Shown here one piece after another: positions 56,154 to 64,000 of a stretch of 64,000 bases of DNA. The notes under the pieces are model-generated. The model was not told the DNA's origin and searched no databases. It saw nothing but the letters and a program-made list of their open reading frames with translations. Source of the stretch: Auanema rhodensis. Lineage: Eukaryota; Animalia; Nematoda. The position numbers and the translations under genes are program-made. Within the stretch, counting starts at the first letter, position 1. Each line of letters starts with the position of its first letter. The DNA is taken from positions 3,534,001 to 3,598,000 of the forward strand of contig OZ059899.1 in the NCBI GenBank assembly GCA_964057225.1. Direction: 5' to 3'.

Positions 56154-56504
56154 GCATCTACTTTTTGCTAAATTATCTTGAAATTTTTCGAAAAAAATTT
56201 TGTCAAAATGTTTTTGGAAGCAATGTTGAGTGTGCATGGAAACTCAACATACACTAATGCATCATTTTTCAAACGATCATAACTAATTTTTGTATTAAGC
56301 GTTTCTCAATGTAGTATAGTGCATTCGATGCGGATTTTCAAGCTGCGTCGATCTGTGTTATCAGATTTGCGCTAGCTTAAAAATGCACCGAGATATCAAC
56401 TGATATAAGTTCACACATATATACCCGATTTTCACCCTGAAGAATTAATTTTTTCGTTGAATAACATTGTCCATCGTCTTTGCCTTGAAAAAAGGAATCT
56501 AAAA

Positions 56505-59500
56505 ACATCTACTTTTTGCTAAATTATTTTGAAATTTTTCGAAAAAATTTTTGTCAAAATGTTTTTGGAAGCAATGTTGAGTGTACATGGAAACTCAACA
56601 TACACTAATGCATCATTTTTCAAACGATCATAACTAATTTTTGTATTAAGCGTTTCTCAATGTAGTATAGTGCATTCGATGCGGATTTTCAAGCTGCGTC
56701 GATCTGTGTTATCAGATTTGCGCTAGCTTAAAAATGCACCGAGATATCAACTGATATAAGTTCACACATATATACCCGATTTTCACCCTGAAGAATTAAT
56801 TTTTTCGTTGAATAACCTTGTCCATCGTCTTTGCCTTGAAAAATGGAATCTAAAAGCATCTACTTTTTGCTAAATTATCTTGAAATTTTTCGAAAAAATT
56901 TTTGTCAAAATGTTTTTGGAAGCAATGTTGAGTGTACATGGAAACTCAACATACACTAATGCATCATTTTTCAAACGATCATAACTAATTTTTGTATTAA
57001 GCGTTTCTCAATGTAGTATAGTGCATTCGATGCGGATTTTCAAGCTGCGTCGATCTGTGTTATCAGATTTGCGCTAGCTTAAAAATGCACCGAGATATCA
57101 ACTGATATAAGTTCACACATATATACCCGATTTTCACCCTGAAGAATTAATTTTTTCGTTGAATAACCTTGTCCATCGTCTTTGCCTTGAAAAATGGAAT
57201 CTAAAAGCATCTACTTTTTGCTAAATTATCTTGAAATTTTTCGAAAAAATTTTTGTCAAAATGTTTTTGGAAGCAATGTTGAGTGTACATGGAAACTCAA
57301 CATACACTAATGCATCATTTTTCAAACGATCATAACTAATTTTTGTATTAAGCGTTTCTCAATGTAGTATAGTGCATTCGATGCGGATTTTCAAGCTGCG
57401 TCGATCTGTGTTATCAGATTTGCGCTAGCTTAAAAATGCACCGAGATATCAACTGATATAAGTTCACACTTATATCCTCGATTTTCACCCTGAAGAATTA
57501 ATTTTTTCGTTGAATAACATTGTCCATCGTCTTTGCCTGGAAAAATGGAATCTAAAAACATCTACTTTTTGCTAAATTATTTTGAAATTTTTCGAAAAAA
57601 TTTTTGTCAAAATGTTTTTGGAAGCAATGTTGAGTGTACATGGAAACTCAACATACACTAATGCATCATTTTTCAAACGATCATAACTAATTTTTGTATT
57701 AAGCGTTTCTCAATGTAGTATAGTGCATTCGATGCGGATTTTCAAGCTGCGTCGATCTGTGTTATCAGATTTGCGCTAGCTTAAAAATGCACCGAGATAT
57801 CAACTGATATAAGTTCACACATATATACCCGATTTTCACCCTGAAGAATTAATTTTTTCGTTGAATAACCTTGTCCATCGTCTTTGCCTTGAAAAATGGA
57901 ATCTAAAAGCATCTACTTTTTGCTAAATTATCTTGAAATTTTTCGAAAAAATTTTTGTCAAAATGTTTTTGGAAGCAATGTTGAGTGTACATGGAAACTC
58001 AACATACACTAATGCATCATTTTTCAAACGATCATAACTAATTTTTGTATTAAGCGTTTCTCAATGTAGTATAGTGCATTCGATGCGGATTTTCAAGCTG
58101 CGTCGATCTGTGTTATCAGATTTGCGCTAGCTTAAAAATGCACCGAGATATCAACTGATATAAGTTCACACATATATACCCGATTTTCACCCTGAAGAAT
58201 TAATTTTTTCGTTGAATAACATTGTCCATCGTCTTTGCCTTGAAAAAAGGAATCTAAAAACATCTACTTTTTGCTAAATTATTTTGAAATTTTTCGAAAA
58301 AATTTTTGTCAAAATGTTTTTGGAAGCAATGTTGAGTGTACATGGAAACTCAACATACACTAATGCATCATTTTTCAAACGATCATAACTAATTTTTGTA
58401 TTAAGCGTTTCTCAATGTAGTATAGTGCATTCGATGCGGATTTTCAAGCTGCGTCGATCTGTGTTATCAGATTTGCGCTAGCTTAAAAATGCACCGAGAT
58501 ATCAACTGATATAAGTTCACACATATATACCCGATTTTCACCCTGAAGAATTAATTTTTTCGTTGAATAACATTGTCCATCGTCTTTGCCTTGAAAAAAG
58601 GAATCTAAAAACATCTACTTTTTGCTAAATTATTTTGAAATTTTTCGAAAAAATTTTTGTCAAAATGTTTTTGGAAGCAATGTTGAGTGTACATGGAAAC
58701 TCAACATACACTAATGCATCATTTTTCAAACGATCATAACTAATTTTTGTATTAAGCGTTTCTCAATGTAGTATAGTGCATTCGATGCGGATTTTCAAGC
58801 TGCGTCGATCTGTGTTATCAGATTTGCGCTAGCTTAAAAATGCACCGAGATATCAACTGATATAAGTTCACACATATATACCCGATTTTCACCCTGAAGA
58901 ATTAATTTTTTCGTTGAATAACCTTGTCCATCGTCTTTGCCTTGAAAAATGGAATCTAAAAGCATCTACTTTTTGCTAAATTATCTTGAAATTTTTCGAA
59001 AAAATTTTTGTCAAAATGTTTTTGGAAGCAATGTTGAGTGTACATGGAAACTCAACATACACTAATGCATCATTTTTCAAACGATCATAACTAATTTTTG
59101 TATTAAGCGTTTCTCAATGTAGTATAGTGCATTCGATGCGGATTTTCAAGCTGCGTCGATCTGTGTTATCAGATTTGCGCTAGCTTAAAAATGCACCGAG
59201 ATATCAACTGATATAAGTTCACACATATATACCCGATTTTCACCCTGAAGAATTAATTTTTTCGTTGAATAACCTTGTCCATCGTCTTTGCCTTGAAAAA
59301 TGGAATCTAAAAGCATCTACTTTTTGCTAAATTATCTTGAAATTTTTCGAAAAAATTTTTGTCAAAATGTTTTTGGAAGCAATGTTGAGTGTACATGGAA
59401 ACTCAACATACACTAATGCATCATTTTTCAAACGATCATAACTAATTTTTGTATTAAGCGTTTCTCAATGTAGTATAGTGCATTCGATGCGGATTTTCAA

Positions 59501-62500
59501 GCTGCGTCGATCTGTGTTATCAGATTTGCGCTAGCTTAAAAATGCACCGAGATATCAACTGATATAAGTTCACACTTATATCCTCGATTTTCACCCTGAA
59601 GAATTAATTTTTTCGTTGAATAACATTGTCCATCGTCTTTGCCTGGAAAAATGGAATCTAAAAACATCTACTTTTTGCTAAATTATTTTGAAATTTTTCG
59701 AAAAAATTTTTGTCAAAATGTTTTTGGAAGCAATGTTGAGTGTACATGGAAACTCAACATACACTAATGCATCATTTTTCAAACGATCATAACTAATTTT
59801 TGTATTAAGCGTTTCTCAATGTAGTATAGTGCATTCGATGCGGATTTTCAAGCTGCGTCGATCTGTGTTATCAGATTTGCGCTAGCTTAAAAATGCACCG
59901 AGATATCAACTGATATAAGTTCACACATATATACCCGATTTTCACCCTGAAGAATTAATTTTTTCGTTGAATAACCTTGTCCATCGTCTTTGCCTTGAAA
60001 AATGGAATCTAAAAGCATCTACTTTTTGCTAAATTATCTTGAAATTTTTCGAAAAAATTTTTGTCAAAATGTTTTTGGAAGCAATGTTGAGTGTACATGG
60101 AAACTCAACATACACTAATGCATCATTTTTCAAACGATCATAACTAATTTTTGTATTAAGCGTTTCTCAATGTAGTATAGTGCATTCGATGCGGATTTTC
60201 AAGCTGCGTCGATCTGTGTTATCAGATTTGCGCTAGCTTAAAAATGCACCGAGATATCAACTGATATAAGTTCACACATATATACCCGATTTTCACCCTG
60301 AAGAATTAATTTTTTCGTTGAATAACATTGTCCATCGTCTTTGCCTTGAAAAAAGGAATCTAAAAACATCTACTTTTTGCTAAATTATTTTGAAATTTTT
60401 CGAAAAAATTTTTGTCAAAATGTTTTTGGAAGCAATGTTGAGTGTACATGGAAACTCAACATACACTAATGCATCATTTTTCAAACGATCATAACTAATT
60501 TTTGTATTAAGCGTTTCTCAATGTAGTATAGTGCATTCGATGCGGATTTTCAAGCTGCGTCGATCTGTGTTATCAGATTTGCGCTAGCTTAAAAATGCAC
60601 CGAGATATCAACTGATATAAGTTCACACATATATACCCGATTTTCACCCTGAAGAATTAATTTTTTCGTTGAATAACCTTGTCCATCGTCTTTGCCTTGA
60701 AAAATGGAATCTAAAAGCATCTACTTTTTGCTAAATTATCTTGAAATTTTTCGAAAAAATTTTTGTCAAAATGTTTTTGGAAGCAATGTTGAGTGTACAT
60801 GGAAACTCAACATACACTAATGCATCATTTTTCAAACGATCATAACTAATTTTTGTATTAAGCGTTTCTCAATGTAGTATAGTGCATTCGATGCGGATTT
60901 TCAAGCTGCGTCGATCTGTGTTATCAGATTTGCGCTAGCTTAAAAATGCACCGAGATATCAACTGATATAAGTTCACACATATATACCCGATTTTCACCC
61001 TGAAGAATTAATTTTTTCGTTGAATAACCTTGTCCATCGTCTTTGCCTTGAAAAATGGAATCTAAAAGCATCTACTTTTTGCTAAATTATCTTGAAATTT
61101 TTCGAAAAAATTTTTGTCAAAATGTTTTTGGAAGCAATGTTGAGTGTACATGGAAACTCAACATACACTAATGCATCATTTTTCAAACGATCATAACTAA
61201 TTTTTGTATTAAGCGTTTCTCAATGTAGTATAGTGCATTCGATGCGGATTTTCAAGCTGCGTCGATCTGTGTTATCAGATTTGCGCTAGCTTAAAAATGC
61301 ACCGAGATATCAACTGATATAAGTTCACACTTATATCCTCGATTTTCACCCTGAAGAATTAATTTTTTCGTTGAATAACATTGTCCATCGTCTTTGCCTG
61401 GAAAAATGGAATCTAAAAACATCTACTTTTTGCTAAATTATTTTGAAATTTTTCGAAAAAATTTTTGTCAAAATGTTTTTGGAAGCAATGTTGAGTGTAC
61501 ATGGAAACTCAACATACACTAATGCATCATTTTTCAAACGATCATAACTAATTTTTGTATTAAGCGTTTCTCAATGTAGTATAGTGCATTCGATGCGGAT
61601 TTTCAAGCTGCGTCGATCTGTGTTATCAGATTTGCGCTAGCTTAAAAATGCACCGAGATATCAACTGATATAAGTTCACACATATATACCCGATTTTCAC
61701 CCTGAAGAATTAATTTTTTCGTTGAATAACCTTGTCCATCGTCTTTGCCTTGAAAAATGGAATCTAAAAGCATCTACTTTTTGCTAAATTATCTTGAAAT
61801 TTTTCGAAAAAATTTTTGTCAAAATGTTTTTGGAAGCAATGTTGAGTGTACATGGAAACTCAACATACACTAATGCATCATTTTTCAAACGATCATAACT
61901 AATTTTTGTATTAAGCGTTTCTCAATGTAGTATAGTGCATTCGATGCGGATTTTCAAGCTGCGTCGATCTGTGTTATCAGATTTGCGCTAGCTTAAAAAT
62001 GCACCGAGATATCAACTGATATAAGTTCACACATATATACCCGATTTTCACCCTGAAGAATTAATTTTTTCGTTGAATAACATTGTCCATCGTCTTTGCC
62101 TTGAAAAAAGGAATCTAAAAACATCTACTTTTTGCTAAATTATTTTGAAATTTTTCGAAAAAATTTTTGTCAAAATGTTTTTGGAAGCAATGTTGAGTGT
62201 ACATGGAAACTCAACATACACTAATGCATCATTTTTCAAACGATCATAACTAATTTTTGTATTAAGCGTTTCTCAATGTAGTATAGTGCATTCGATGCGG
62301 ATTTTCAAGCTGCGTCGATCTGTGTTATCAGATTTGCGCTAGCTTAAAAATGCACCGAGATATCAACTGATATAAGTTCACACATATATACCCGATTTTC
62401 ACCCTGAAGAATTAATTTTTTCGTTGAATAACCTTGTCCATCGTCTTTGCCTTGAAAAATGGAATCTAAAAGCATCTACTTTTTGCTAAATTATCTTGAA

Positions 62501-62822
62501 ATTTTTCGAAAAAATTTTTGTCAAAATGTTTTTGGAAGCAATGTTGAGTGTACATGGAAACTCAACATACACTAATGCATCATTTTTCAAACGATCATAA
62601 CTAATTTTTGTATTAAGCGTTTCTCAATGTAGTATAGTGCATTCGATGCGGATTTTCAAGCTGCGTCGATCTGTGTTATCAGATTTGCGCTAGCTTAAAA
62701 ATGCACCGAGATATCAACTGATATAAGTTCACACTTATATCCTCGATTTTCACCCTGAAGAATTAATTTTTTCGTTGAATAACATTGTCCATCGTCTTTG
62801 CCTGGAAAAATGGAATCTAAAA
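56505..62822 (+). repeat. Pentamer-based higher-order repeat with 6/5/4-monomer length variants
   Basis: The single monomer per unit with CACTTATATCCTCG and CTGG starts at 57207, 59313, 61068, 62472. Units 56505-58259, 58611-60365 and 60366-62120 share the same monomer order. Confidence 0.87.
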
Positions 62823-64000
62823 ACATCTACTTTTTGCTAAATTATTTTGAAATTTTTCGAAAAAATTTTTGTCAAAATGTTTTTGGAAGCAATGTTGAGT
62901 GTACATGGAAACTCAACATACACTAATGCATCATTTTTCAAACGATCATAACTAATTTTTGTATTAAGCGTTTCTCAATGTAGTATAGTGCATTCGATGC
63001 GGATTTTCAAGCTGCGTCGATCTGTGTTATCAGATTTGCGCTAGCTTAAAAATGCACCGAGATATCAACTGATATAAGTTCACACTTATATCCTCGATTT
63101 TCACCCTGAAGAATTAATTTTTTCGTTGAATAACATTGTCCATCGTCTTTGCCTGGAAAAATGGAATCTAAAAACATCTACTTTTCGTTAAATTATTTTG
63201 AAATTTTTCGAAAAAATTTTTGTCAAAATGTTTTTGGAAGCAATGTTGAGTGTACATGGAAACTCAACATACACTAATGCATCATTTTTCAAACGATCAT
63301 AACTAATTTTTGTATCAAGTGTTTCTCAATGTAGTATAGTGCATTCGATGCGGATTTTTAAGCTGCGTCGATCTGTGTTATCAGATTTGCGCTAGCTTAA
63401 AAATGCACCGAGATATCAACTGATATAAGTTCACACTTATATCCTCGATTTTCACCCTGAAGAATTAATTTTTTCGTTGAATAACATTGTCCATCGTCTT
63501 TGCCTGGAAAAATGGAATCTAAAAACATCTACTTTTTGCTAAATTATTTTGAAATTTTTTGAAAAAATTTTTGTCAAAATGTTTTTGGAAGCAATGTTGA
63601 GTGTACATGGAAACTCAACATACACTAATGCATCATTTTTCAAACGCTCATAACTAATTTTTGTATTGAGCGTTTCTCAATGTAGTATAGTGCATTCGAT
63701 GCGGATTTTCAAGCTGCGTCGATCTGTGTTATCAGATTTGCGCTAGCTTAAAAATGCACCGAGATATCAACTGATATAAGTTCACACATATATACCCGAT
63801 TTTCACCCTGAAGAATTAATTTTTTCGTTGAATAACATTGTCCATCGTCTTTGCCTTGAAAAAAGGAATCTAAAAACATCTACTTTTTGCTAAATTATTT
63901 TGAAATTTTTCGAAAAAATTTTTGTCAAAATGTTTTTGGAAGCAATGTTGAGTGTACATGGAAACTCAACATACACTAATGCATCATTTTTCAAACGATC

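Larger units (their letters stand above)
1..64000. repeat. Tandem satellite DNA array, 351-bp AT-rich monomer, 182 full copies plus a partial copy; runs to both window edges
   Basis: ACATCTACTT recurs at 1, 352, 703 ... 3511, 7021, 31591 (exact multiples of 351). Register shifts only at small indels: +1 near 33366; +2 near 48355, 50105 and 52557; -7 near 48823 and 50573. A +1/-1 pair lies in the monomer at 32644. The last monomer starts at 63876. Confidence 0.99.

Noticed and set aside
1-64000. Giant repetitive ORF, since 351 bp = 117 codons
   Set aside because: All six frames have stops in the monomer: plus-strand TAA m16-18, TGA m26-28, TAA m102-104; minus-strand stops opposite CTA m5-7, CTA m15-17, TCA m91-93.
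1-64000. CRISPR array or repeat-spacer system using the hairpins as repeats
   Set aside because: There are no unique spacers; the sequence between hairpins is itself repeated, and no cas or other genes are present.
1-64000. Hidden insertion, inversion or transposon within the array
   Set aside because: The monomer register is fully accounted for by 351-bp steps plus small indels (net -7 bp), leaving no room for foreign sequence; no strand switch was seen.
1-64000. Variant pattern as an information-encoding or programmed diversification system
   Set aside because: The patterns are adequately explained by duplication, unequal exchange and conversion; no associated enzyme or template is present.

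Overview
The whole 64-kb window is one uninterrupted head-to-tail satellite DNA array: 182 complete monomers of 351 bp plus a 125-bp partial copy (63876-64000), all in one orientation. Monomer 1 is about 32% GC by hand count, and monomers typically differ at only a few sites. I found no genes, RNA genes, transposon insertions or CRISPR structure, and all six frames contain stops in the monomer. I do not recognise the satellite family or organism. It looks like eukaryotic (peri)centromeric or heterochromatic satellite without CpG depletion. The informative signal is in the variants: two monomer haplotypes (A and B) and their recombinants, many local higher-order repeats (2-, 3-, 4-, 5- and 6-mers, some nested), a subfamily switch at about 47 kb, a monomer rich in dyad symmetries, and several rare variants that perfect quasi-palindromes. 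I see no support for a novel protein-coding system. 'm' coordinates are positions within the monomer, with m1 = window position 1. Variants were read by eye, so some may be missed.
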